Assembly: GCA_041589295.1 (NCBI GenBank)
Contig: JBFHVZ010000001.1
Location: forward strand, 1 to 45,803
DNA: 45,803 nt
Origin: Pseudomonadales bacterium
Lineage (GTDB): Bacteria; Pseudomonadota; Gammaproteobacteria; Pseudomonadales; Oceanobacteraceae
Direction of reading: 5' to 3'
Shown here: piece by piece, positions 18,249 through 26,851 of the stretch
How positions within the stretch are numbered: position 1 is the first letter of the stretch
Layout: every line of letters starts with the position of its first letter
Made by a program: the position numbers and the translations under genes
The notes under the pieces: model-generated
Told to the model about the DNA's origin: nothing
What the model saw: the letters and a program-made list of their open reading frames with translations, nothing else
Database searches by the model: none

Positions 18249-18417
18249 AAAAAAAGAAGCCTGATCGCCATTGGGGGAGAACGATCAGGCTTTAAGTATT
18301 CTTCGACTTCATTGGGGAGATAATCGAAGAACAAGCGGTAAAACTACCTATGGAGAGTCAGGCAAAACTCCTGTTTTGCCCACAACCACTGAGACCTTCA
18401 CAATCTCACTTGGTTTA
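18249..18417 (-). ncRNA. Candidate small RNA with repeated C-rich anti-SD loops
   Basis: ORF-free; four hairpins; two loops carry UCUCCCC(C)AAUG; the last hairpin is followed by a U-tract; plausible upstream promoter. 5' end is estimated. Confidence 0.6.
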
Positions 18418-18422
18418 ATGAA

Positions 18423-18451
18423 AATGTAGTACGAAAAATAGCCATTTCCAG
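18423..18451 (-). promoter_or_regulatory. Possible sigma-70 promoter for the sRNA candidate
   Basis: CTGGAA-N17-TACATT on the minus strand. Confidence 0.35.
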
Positions 18452-18540
18452 TGTTTCTTTGGCTTTTTTTCGCCAACCTCTCGTCAATTCGCCAGATAGC
18501 CAGTTAGCAACTGCTTCGGCGCTGGCATCAAACCCCTAAA

Positions 18541-19425
18541 TTAGGCGCTGTAACGCTGCTTAAGCGCGGCAATGCGCTGATCCAAGGGTGGGTGCGTCAT
18601 AAACAATCCGGCTAGAGAGTTCTTCAATTCGCCGCTAATACCAAAGGCCACCATCTCATCTGGCATATCGCTTGGTTGACCGTATTCCGCCTGTAAGCGC
18701 GCCAATGCGCTGACCATGGCTGCTGGGCTGACCAATTCGGCACCGGCAATATCGGCACGGTATTCGCGGCGGCGGCTGAACCAGTACACAATGGTCGAGG
18801 CCAAAATACCCAGAATCATTTCAGCGATAAACGTGGCGACGTAAAAACCAATGCCATGACCGTTCTCGTTTTTGAAAACAGCGCGGTCCACAAACGAACC
18901 GATAATGCGGGCGAAGAACATTACAAACGCGTTCACTACACCCTGAATCAACGCCAAAGTAATCATGTCGCCATTGGCCACGTGACCAATCTCGTGGCCG
19001 AGGACTGCTTTCACTTCTTCGCGGCTCATTTTGTTCATCAGGCCTGTGCTCACGGCCACCAATGAATTATTTCGGTTCCAGCCTGTGGCGAATGCGTTAG
19101 CGGCTGGGCTAGCAAACACACCCACCTCAGGCATGCCAATGCCCGCTTTGTCAGCCAATTCTTTCACCGTACTCACCAGCCATTGCTCCTCGGCATTGCT
19201 TGGTTGTTCGATGACGTAAACGCCCATGCTCTTTTTGGCCATCCACTTGGACATCAACAAGGACACCACGGAGCCGGCCATACCGAACACCAAACAGAAC
19301 ACCATCAGCGCCTGAAAGTTGAGGCCCTGACTGGTCATGTACCCATTAACCCCCAACAAACTGAGGGTAACGCTGGCGACTAAAATGACCGCGAGGTTCG
19401 TGGCCAAAAATAAAAGAATACGCAT
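18541..19425 (-). CDS. htpX: Protease HtpX (M48)
   Basis: [10 protein letters not shown] start, [26 protein letters not shown]. Confidence 0.95.
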   Translation of the reverse strand: MRILLFLATNLAVILVASVTLSLLGVNGYMTSQGLNFQALMVFCLVFGMAGSVVSLLMSKWMAKKSMGVYVIEQPSNAEEQWLVSTVKELADKAGIGMPEVGVFASPAANAFATGWNRNNSLVAVSTGLMNKMSREEVKAVLGHEIGHVANGDMITLALIQGVVNAFVMFFARIIGSFVDRAVFKNENGHGIGFYVATFIAEMILGILASTIVYWFSRRREYRADIAGAELVSPAAMVSALARLQAEYGQPSDMPDEMVAFGISGELKNSLAGLFMTHPPLDQRIAALKQRYSA

Positions 19426-19460
19426 GTTTTGCATTTTCCTGTTGGTTGCAATTGCCACCA

Positions 19461-19488
19461 ATATGGGGCCGAACTGTGACAGTTCAAT
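19461..19488 (-). promoter_or_regulatory. Sigma-32 heat-shock promoter of htpX
   Basis: ATTGAA-N14-CCCCATAT, near consensus. Confidence 0.75.
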
Positions 19489-19587
19489 GGGGGTGAAGTT
19501 TCGTTTGGTTGGCGTAAATGAGCTAAGCGTAGCAGTGGCATACACCTAATCTAATGGTTCCAGTAGGTCCCGATAGGTTTGGCTGAA

Positions 19588-19601
19588 TTGACCATGGTCA
19601 A
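19588..19601. promoter_or_regulatory. FNR/ANR-like box
   Basis: Perfect palindrome TTGAC-CATG-GTCAA (consensus TTGAT-N4-ATCAA). Confidence 0.45.
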
Positions 19602-19623
19602 AGAATGCGTATTGATAACACCC

Positions 19624-19645
19624 GCTAATGAGAATTTGTCGTATT
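19624..19645. promoter_or_regulatory. Fur-box-like site
   Basis: GCTAATGAGAATTTGTCGT matches 11/19 of GATAATGATAATCATTATC by hand count, strong left half; upstream of an iron-type lipoprotein. Confidence 0.45.
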
Positions 19646-19721
19646 TGTATTTAACTGTCCGTAAAGTTCTGTTAAGGTGCAGCCAGTTTTTTAGCCCAAA
19701 TGTATGAGACGAGGGTCTTAC

Positions 19722-21143
19722 ATGAAATTAGTGAAAGGCGTTGCCTTACTTTCTAGTGCGTTACTGCTGGCTGCTTGTGGCAGCGACAATGATAGCGATA
19801 GCAATAGTAACGAAGTTGATTACCCATCCACTTACTCATTTGAAAGTAAGGTTGTCGCGGGTGAGTCTTCTGTTGTGTTTACGGGTCAAGCTGCTCGCCA
19901 GCTATTGATCGACGAATTGAAAAAAGCGGTTGGTGCAGAAAACATTAGCCATGCAGACCTGAAAAAAATCTACACCGAAGGTACAACAGGCCTTAAGGGT
20001 GCTGACATCTATGATGATGTGAATCGACCAGATACTGCGGTAGGTGTCTCAGCACCTGAAGGCTTCACCCTAGCTCAGGCTGGCTATGATGCAGTATATG
20101 GTACGAATGACGCACCTGGCGCTGGTGATAAAAAACTATCAGACAAGACAGCAGGCTGTGACAACAATTTAAGTGCTTCTCAATTTATAGGTTGGGATGT
20201 AACCACGCTTGTTCCTTGTAAAGAAGATGCTGAGACAACTACTTATCACGACAGCGCTTACTCGCTGATCTTGGAATGGTTACCAGCTGCGGCAACCAAT
20301 AAGGTGGACGCTGCCTTAGGCTTGGATTATCAGCAGCTTTTGCAAAAGTTTTTGCTGGGTGCGGTGGCCTTCTCTCAAACAGCGGAAGACTACTTAGCCG
20401 CTGATCACGCTAAAGACAAAAAAGGCCTAAAGGCAACCAATGTAGCAGCTGGCGATGCTTACACTAGCCTTGAGCATGCATGGGATGAAGGTTTTGGTTA
20501 CTTTGGTGCTTCTGTTGATTATTTAAATATTGATGACGCAACCATTGCGACAGATGCTATTAAGCACAGTGACGTAAACGGAGATACCAAGATTGACTTG
20601 CTGCGTGGTGAGTACAACTATGGCTTGGCCGTTTATGCGAGCAAGCACGATGTCATGACAGGTACAACCGACCTAAGCAAAGAGATTATGGTTGCGTTTT
20701 TGGAAGGTCGTCAGCTAATCACTGACAACCATGGCACCACTCCTGTAGTAGGTGACGCTTTACACACGCAACTGGCTGCTATCGCAGATCGTGCGGTTAA
20801 AGGCATGGAAAAAGTTATTGCTATTTCGGTTATCAAGTACATTAACCAAACCATTGGGAAACTAGGGTCTTATACTCATGGTCAAAGCGATGGTTCTGTC
20901 ATTGCAAAGCCTTGGTCTGAACTAAAAGGCTTTGCATTGGGTTTGCAGTTCAATTTAAACCCAGTTATGGACGAAGCTAAGCAGATTCAACTGCATAACT
21001 TAATTGGCCAATCTCCGGTTGCTGAAATTACAAATACCCATGGCAATGATAAGGCCAGCTACATAACAGCCTTAGAATCTGCACGTACTTTGGTACAGGA
21101 AGCATATGACTTCGATGCTACTGAAGTTGTAAACTGGAAATAA
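19722..21143 (+). CDS. DUF4856-family lipoprotein (imelysin-related, putative iron-regulated)
   Basis: Lipobox LLAAC; YSFES, DYQQLLQKFLLGAV, LEHAWDEGFGYFG, WSELKGFALGLQF. Confidence 0.8.
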   Translation: MKLVKGVALLSSALLLAACGSDNDSDSNSNEVDYPSTYSFESKVVAGESSVVFTGQAARQLLIDELKKAVGAENISHADLKKIYTEGTTGLKGADIYDDVNRPDTAVGVSAPEGFTLAQAGYDAVYGTNDAPGAGDKKLSDKTAGCDNNLSASQFIGWDVTTLVPCKEDAETTTYHDSAYSLILEWLPAAATNKVDAALGLDYQQLLQKFLLGAVAFSQTAEDYLAADHAKDKKGLKATNVAAGDAYTSLEHAWDEGFGYFGASVDYLNIDDATIATDAIKHSDVNGDTKIDLLRGEYNYGLAVYASKHDVMTGTTDLSKEIMVAFLEGRQLITDNHGTTPVVGDALHTQLAAIADRAVKGMEKVIAISVIKYINQTIGKLGSYTHGQSDGSVIAKPWSELKGFALGLQFNLNPVMDEAKQIQLHNLIGQSPVAEITNTHGNDKASYITALESARTLVQEAYDFDATEVVNWK

Positions 21144-21166
21144 AGGTCCATTCGCCAGTAAATCTT

Positions 21167-21189
21167 AAGGCCGTCGTTGACGGCCTTTT
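21167..21189 (+). terminator. Intercistronic hairpin / leaky terminator
   Basis: AAGGCCGTC gtt GACGGCC TTTT. Confidence 0.6.
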
Positions 21190-21209
21190 CACGTTCTGAG
21201 GTAAAGACA

Positions 21210-22460
21210 GTGAAATTTAATCACATTTTGACACTAAGTATTGTTTCGCTACTTGGGGCCTGCGGTGGTTCTTCGGGTGGCAGTAGCACAGCACAAGATA
21301 CTTGTGACAAGTTGGCCAGCTCTACATTTAGTTGTGATGATTTGCTGCGAGATGTGGTTTCAGAAGGTGTGCTGCCAGTGGTTCAAACCTTTTCGACCAA
21401 ACTATCAGAATTAGATACTAAGGTGGCTACCTATTGTGACGACATCGCTGACGACGTGAAATTGGCTGCGGCACGCACAGCGTGGAGCGATGTGATGGAG
21501 CCATTACAGCAATTTCAAGTTATGAATTTCGGGCCTAACAGCGATGAAGAAGTTGGCCTATTGCCCTTTTATGATTGGCAAACTGCCAGCCCCTTCGACA
21601 TTGATATTGCCATCGCAAAAAGCGCTCGGTTCAGCGACACCGGCCTTTCTAGTTCTGACAATGAAAAAGACTTAGTTACCATCGAATATGTTTTATTTGA
21701 TGTGGCTGCCGTACAAACTTACGACAATCCAGAGTTCGAAAACTCCAATGTAAAAGAATGGCGTACAGGAAAAACTGACGACCAAATTCAACAAGATCGT
21801 TGTACGTACGCAAAATTGGCGACCGCGGCTTTAGCTTCACAAGGCACGGCACTGGTGGCGGCGTGGAACGAATTTGATTTTGTTGCCGCCTCAAGCAATA
21901 AACAGGACTCTGCAAATGAGATTGCTAAATCTTTATTCTATTTGGATAAAATTACCAAAGACGTAAAGATTAAGGCGGTGTTACCTCAGCCTGATGACAG
22001 TACTAGTGGTTTTAGGGCGGAGAAGCTGGAATCGCAGTTCGCCCATCAAAGCAAAGAGGCGATTGAAAACAACCTCAGAGGTGCGTTGTTACTGTTAAAC
22101 CTGAATGACTCGGACAATAGCAAAACAGCTTTGGATGACTATTTAGTCGCAGCAGGCCAAACCGAGGTGGCTGTTGCAATGCAGGGCGCATTAATTGACG
22201 CTATTGCTAACGTAATTGCGATCGAAGGTGATTTATACACTGCAGTTGAAGACGCAATGAATGAAACTGAGATCGCAACGAATGAAACGCAGTGCAAGGC
22301 GGTTGCCGGTACGGGCACTTATGTTTCAGATACTTCTGATATCGAAACTTTTTGTGCGCTGCAATATCAAGTAAAAACGCTGACCGATATCTTAAAAGGC
22401 GACTTTACTTTATTAACTAGCTTCACCATCCCTGCGACAGCAAGTGGCGATAACGACTAG
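21210..22460 (+). CDS. Imelysin-like (peptidase M75 family) lipoprotein
   Basis: GTG start after GAGG; lipobox LGAC; AARTAWS...MNFGP, IEYVLFD, ESQFAHQSKEAIENNLRG; C-terminal GDND. Confidence 0.8.
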   Translation: MKFNHILTLSIVSLLGACGGSSGGSSTAQDTCDKLASSTFSCDDLLRDVVSEGVLPVVQTFSTKLSELDTKVATYCDDIADDVKLAAARTAWSDVMEPLQQFQVMNFGPNSDEEVGLLPFYDWQTASPFDIDIAIAKSARFSDTGLSSSDNEKDLVTIEYVLFDVAAVQTYDNPEFENSNVKEWRTGKTDDQIQQDRCTYAKLATAALASQGTALVAAWNEFDFVAASSNKQDSANEIAKSLFYLDKITKDVKIKAVLPQPDDSTSGFRAEKLESQFAHQSKEAIENNLRGALLLLNLNDSDNSKTALDDYLVAAGQTEVAVAMQGALIDAIANVIAIEGDLYTAVEDAMNETEIATNETQCKAVAGTGTYVSDTSDIETFCALQYQVKTLTDILKGDFTLLTSFTIPATASGDND

Positions 22461-22465
22461 GTTGG

Positions 22466-23377
22466 CTACTTCCACGTAATTTCTTTCATTAGCAGCTGCT
22501 TCCACAGTGGCTGCGTTTCTTTCGGCCAGTGGTAGTCTTCTTTACCACTGCGCCAACTGCCCGCCATTCGATCCCATATGGCCAAAATAGAACCGTAGTT
22601 ATTATTCATGGTGGTGACGCCATGGTGCGCTTGATGCTGGGATGGGCTAATCAGCCAGTTTTCTAGTTTTCCGTAGCTTAGCTTGATGGGGCTGTGGCGA
22701 AGGTTAGCCCCTAAGGCGTTAAACGCAATGATCCAAATCGTTGCCCCCCAGATTTGCCAACTGTTGGGTGTAAAACCTAAAAAGAAAAATGCGCTACCCG
22801 CCGCCGTACCATGAACCAGCGCCCCACGAATTTGATACAGCACGCTTTCCAAGGGATGAATGCGTAACGTACTCAAAGGCGTGAGAACGGTGGCGCTGTG
22901 ATGCACTTGGTGGAGTCGCCAGAGCCAGTCGGACTTGTGCATGGCCCAGTGCAGTAGGAAACGGCTGGCGTCATCTATCAAAAACACCACTAAGGTGTAA
23001 CAGCTAATGATCACAGCACTGTTCCCCAGACTGCCGGGCTCTGTCGGCAATGCAAAGTGTTTCCAAGCGTTAAATACGAGTAACGACACCTTAAATGTGA
23101 GCAGCAACCATGTAATGCCTAGCACGGCAAATAACGTTCGGTTAAACAGAATCAGGGCGTAATCTTGTCGAGTTGAAGGGTTCCACCAATACGACAGCTG
23201 CCCTAGCTGCTTAAAGGGGGCTTGCCGTGCGGGCCATTGGCGCTTGGCCCACCAAAATGCCATGAGTAACGCCGGTAACCAATAGGCAAAGTGAGTGCGC
23301 ACTGCTGGGTCGAAAAGCCAGTCCGTGACGGCCTCAAGCCAATTGAGGACTAGGATTAAGGGCTCACTTACAGTCAT
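22466..23377 (-). CDS. Sterol desaturase / fatty-acid hydroxylase superfamily membrane enzyme
   Basis: His boxes HWAMH, HQVHH, RHS, HQAHH; NYGSILAIWDR; several TM segments. Confidence 0.88.
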   Translation of the reverse strand: MTVSEPLILVLNWLEAVTDWLFDPAVRTHFAYWLPALLMAFWWAKRQWPARQAPFKQLGQLSYWWNPSTRQDYALILFNRTLFAVLGITWLLLTFKVSLLVFNAWKHFALPTEPGSLGNSAVIISCYTLVVFLIDDASRFLLHWAMHKSDWLWRLHQVHHSATVLTPLSTLRIHPLESVLYQIRGALVHGTAAGSAFFFLGFTPNSWQIWGATIWIIAFNALGANLRHSPIKLSYGKLENWLISPSQHQAHHGVTTMNNNYGSILAIWDRMAGSWRSGKEDYHWPKETQPLWKQLLMKEITWK

Positions 23378-23496
23378 GGGAGTGGTTTATCCGTCTGTGC
23401 AGTGGGTGGAGCCTGATGATGGTGGTGTGATGATGTGGCAGTTTGAGCCAGATCAGCATTCGATGCATTTCAGACAAAAGTAGCCGTATTTTAGCG

Positions 23497-23536
23497 CAAT
23501 AAGAATCGAGTATTAATTAATATTGAATCGCATTTG
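23497..23536. promoter_or_regulatory. Fur-box-like AT-rich operator between divergent desaturase and TonB receptor genes
   Basis: Minus strand AATGCGATTCAATATTAAT is ~13/19 to AATGATAATCATTATCATT by hand; second weaker site AATAAGAATCG. Confidence 0.5.
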
Positions 23537-23582
23537 TGTTTAAATACCGCCCAGTTTTTTGACCGTTTGCAGTGGTTTCTCC

Positions 23583-25763
23583 ATGAAATATGCCCTCGTT
23601 CCACTCTCTGTATCCATCCTGCTTGCCAATAATGCCCTCGCCGAAGCACCTGTTGAGTTGCAAGGGGTTTACATTACCGGTGGTTCGAATGAACTGATGA
23701 CTCAACCCGGGTCGGCCACGCTCATTGATGACGTAGAACTCGAAACCTTTGAATACACAGATATTCACCGCGTTTTGAATAGCGTACCCGGCATCAATCT
23801 GCAGGAAGAAGACGGTTACGGCCTGCGTCCAAACATTGGCATTCGCGGTACAGCCCCAGAGCGCAGTAAAAAAGTCACCATTATGGAAGACGGAGTATTA
23901 AGCGGCCCTGCCCCCTATTCAGCCCCGGCGGCATATTATTTCCCCAACGTCTCGCGCATGAGTGCGGTAGAAGTATTTAAGGGCCCGTCGGCCATTCAAT
24001 ATGGTCCTGCCACGATTGCCGGCGCCCTGAACCTAGTAAGCCGTCCGATTCCCTACGAGGCTTCTGGCGAGCTGGATGCTCAGTATGGCCAGTACAACTT
24101 CCAGCGTTATAACGCTTACTATGGCGGTCAAAGCGGCAAGCTAGGCTATTTGGTTGAAGGTTTAACCATGTCCACTGATGGCTTTAAAGAATTGCCGGAC
24201 GACAGCAATACCGGCTTTGTGCGCAACGATGTCACCCTAAAAACCAGTTATGAAATCAACGGCAAGTACAATCAGTCGCTACAACTTAAGCTGGGTTACG
24301 CCGACGAAGATTCAAACGAAACTTACTTGGGTTTAACGCGCGATGATTTTAATGACGACCCATACCAACGCTATGCCGCGTCGCAGCTAGATAACATGCA
24401 ATGGGAGCATTATCAGTTTCAATTAACCCATGTATTTGAGTTATCCCATCTCACCAAATTCACCACAGACATCTACCAAAATACGTTTAGCCGTGATTGG
24501 TTTAAGTTGAACGGTATTAATAGCAGCAGCGCCCCGAGTATTGATACAGTTTTGAAGAATCCGACGACAGGAAGTAATGCGTCCTACTACGAGTTATTGA
24601 CTGGTGAGCGAAACTCCACAAGTTCAACTACCATGCTACGTGTCGGAAACAACGGCAGAACTTATGTTAGCCAAGGCGTGCAATCTCGTTTGAACACCAG
24701 CTTCAATCTCGCTGGTCTGACAAATGATTTAGAAGTTGGTTTGCGCATTCACGCTGACCAAGTTGAACGTGATCACACCGAGCAAAGTTACAACATGGTA
24801 AATGGCGATTTGGTTGCGGCTGCGGGCAGTGAAAAATACAGTACCACCAACAATAAAGGCGAAGCACAAGCCATTGCCCTTTACGCAAAAAATAACCTAA
24901 CCCTAGACAAAACCACCCTTACTCTAGGCTTACGTACCGAAAGCATCGAAACTAAATTAACAAATAATTTAAACAACGACTCGAAATCATCTTCTGAATT
25001 TGTTGTGTTGCCGGGAGCGGGTGTGTACTCGCAAGTCACGGACTCGTTAGGTGTGCTGGCGGGTGTGTACAAAGGCTTTACTTCCACTGCACCAGGCCAA
25101 GACGGAGAGGTAGATCCAGAAGAAAGCATTAACTACGAATTGGGTTTGCGTCTGCAAGGCGAGCATCAAGTTGAACTGATTGGTTTTATGAATGACTACA
25201 GCAACTTCAAGGGCACCTGTACAGGCAGTAACTCTTGCGATACTGCCAACATCGACCAAGAATCCAACGGCGGTGAAGCCGTGGTGTACGGGGTGGAATC
25301 AAGCTACAAATACGAGCCAAACTACAAAGCCTTTAGTTTTCCCATTCAGTTGACCTATACGTATACACAAAGTGAATTCCAAACAACGTTTACGGATGAG
25401 CTGGGTGTGTTTACCGATGCTGGTGCATCGGTTAATAAAGGCGACGAAATGGCCTACCTACCTGAGCATCGTCTAAATGTAAAACTGGGTGTAAAACACA
25501 TGGACTGGAGTGTCGTGCTCAGTGCTTTGTATCAAAGTGACATGCGCGATGTGGCGGGCCAAGGTGATATTCCACAAGCACAACGCATTGATGCTCACAC
25601 AGTGTTGGACCTAGCGGCGAACTATCAGGTTAACCCAATGGTAGGTGTTTATTCGACAGTGGATAACCTATTAGGCGAAGAATACATGGCTGCAGCACAA
25701 CCCATGGGATACCGTCCAGGTAAGCCCCGCGCAATTCATGCTGGTGTAAAAGTGGCGTTTTAA
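23583..25763 (+). CDS. TonB-dependent receptor (FecA-like plug)
   Basis: Signal peptide; TonB box GVYITG; VPGINLQEEDGYGLRPNIGIRG; VEVFKGP; C-terminal VDNLL...GVKVAF. Confidence 0.93.
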   Translation: MKYALVPLSVSILLANNALAEAPVELQGVYITGGSNELMTQPGSATLIDDVELETFEYTDIHRVLNSVPGINLQEEDGYGLRPNIGIRGTAPERSKKVTIMEDGVLSGPAPYSAPAAYYFPNVSRMSAVEVFKGPSAIQYGPATIAGALNLVSRPIPYEASGELDAQYGQYNFQRYNAYYGGQSGKLGYLVEGLTMSTDGFKELPDDSNTGFVRNDVTLKTSYEINGKYNQSLQLKLGYADEDSNETYLGLTRDDFNDDPYQRYAASQLDNMQWEHYQFQLTHVFELSHLTKFTTDIYQNTFSRDWFKLNGINSSSAPSIDTVLKNPTTGSNASYYELLTGERNSTSSTTMLRVGNNGRTYVSQGVQSRLNTSFNLAGLTNDLEVGLRIHADQVERDHTEQSYNMVNGDLVAAAGSEKYSTTNNKGEAQAIALYAKNNLTLDKTTLTLGLRTESIETKLTNNLNNDSKSSSEFVVLPGAGVYSQVTDSLGVLAGVYKGFTSTAPGQDGEVDPEESINYELGLRLQGEHQVELIGFMNDYSNFKGTCTGSNSCDTANIDQESNGGEAVVYGVESSYKYEPNYKAFSFPIQLTYTYTQSEFQTTFTDELGVFTDAGASVNKGDEMAYLPEHRLNVKLGVKHMDWSVVLSALYQSDMRDVAGQGDIPQAQRIDAHTVLDLAANYQVNPMVGVYSTVDNLLGEEYMAAAQPMGYRPGKPRAIHAGVKVAF

Positions 25764-25807
25764 TTTTTGAATTCTATTTCTTAAAACGCCTGCTAAATAG
25801 CGCGCAT

Positions 25808-25841
25808 AAAAAAAGCAGAGCTTAAACACTCTGCTTTTTTT
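25808..25841. terminator. Bidirectional rho-independent terminator
   Basis: A7-GCAGAG...CTCTGC-T7. Confidence 0.85.
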
Positions 25842-25874
25842 GTGTTTTTTTCGGTTTAGTAAAACGTAAGTGCG

Positions 25875-26525
25875 TTAGTGCGCGTGGGAAAATCCCCAGC
25901 TAATGCCCATTTGCTGTGACAGACACGGCCACTCCTGCCACACCGAAACCGTATTGCCTTTTTGTGATTGCAAATAATCTTTAAACACTGGACTGTCGTA
26001 GTGTTTTTCTTGCTCCATCATTTGACAAGCCACTTGGTGCACCATTTCATCCAATTGGTTCGCTAACTCCTCACCAATTAACGAATGCGCCACCACATTA
26101 GCTAATGTCATATCCCAAGGAATTAAAGGTAGGCCGACACGACTAATGTAACGGTCGTTTACTTCTTCAAATAAACGATGAGCTAAATAGGCTTCGTCCA
26201 TTAACGCTAACAAACCGATGTGATTGTTAGGCAGTTTTGGTGGCGACAAGAAATAATCTTCTGCCATTTTTAAAAATGGAAAAACGTGTTTTTCAATGCT
26301 GGCTTTTTTGGCAGCGGTGCGCAGTGCATCGAGAAAATCGGGAACCTGCTGAACATATTCCATCGCGAAACGAAGCAATGTAAGTGCATCGTCGTCGCCA
26401 TCCACAAAAATGTGTCCGGGAATTTTTTGTTTGAGGTGAGACTCAAGGTGACGGCGAAACGTCAGGGTTTTTTCTTCGTGTTCAAATGCCTTTCGGATGA
26501 TGTCGCGCAATGATCCCACTCGCAT
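25875..26525 (-). CDS. Conserved hypothetical protein
   Basis: AAGGAGG RBS; motifs AEDYFLSPP and LMDEAYLAHRLFEEVND resemble an uncharacterised pseudomonad/oceanospirillal family. Confidence 0.75.
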   Translation of the reverse strand: MRVGSLRDIIRKAFEHEEKTLTFRRHLESHLKQKIPGHIFVDGDDDALTLLRFAMEYVQQVPDFLDALRTAAKKASIEKHVFPFLKMAEDYFLSPPKLPNNHIGLLALMDEAYLAHRLFEEVNDRYISRVGLPLIPWDMTLANVVAHSLIGEELANQLDEMVHQVACQMMEQEKHYDSPVFKDYLQSQKGNTVSVWQEWPCLSQQMGISWGFSHAH

Positions 26526-26541
26526 GGGGTTTCCTCCTTGC

Positions 26542-26604
26542 TATGACTGTCGCTTGTGGCGGCGCGGGCACAGGGACACCCGTGAAGGAAAACCTTCAGT
26601 CATA
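26542..26604 (-). promoter_or_regulatory. Structured 5' leader (four-way junction) abutting the RBS
   Basis: P1 UAUGACUG/CAGUCAUA encloses three small hairpins; ends 2 nt before AAGGAGG. Confidence 0.4.
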
Positions 26605-26851
26605 CTGCATTTATTTTATTGTTTTTGATCCATCGCTATTCTGGTGAAGAACGGCGTTTGCTCCCGAGTGCGTTGATCAATTTACGGAAACAGCAGAGCG
26701 TGCTCAACGCACTTTAGGCCTTTTTTTAGATGAATAATCACTAAAAAATATGTGTTCATTCTTTTTAATTTTTAGGCCTTTTATGATGCTTTAAAGCCTA
26801 GTCGAAGATTTAAAAAATGCGAACTTGCGGGGGTGAATATTCTTTTAAGTG

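Noticed and set aside
18257-18331. CRISPR-like array from the repeated CATTGGGG(G)AGA
   Set aside because: Only two to three 11-12-nt copies, located in hairpin loops; no cas genes.
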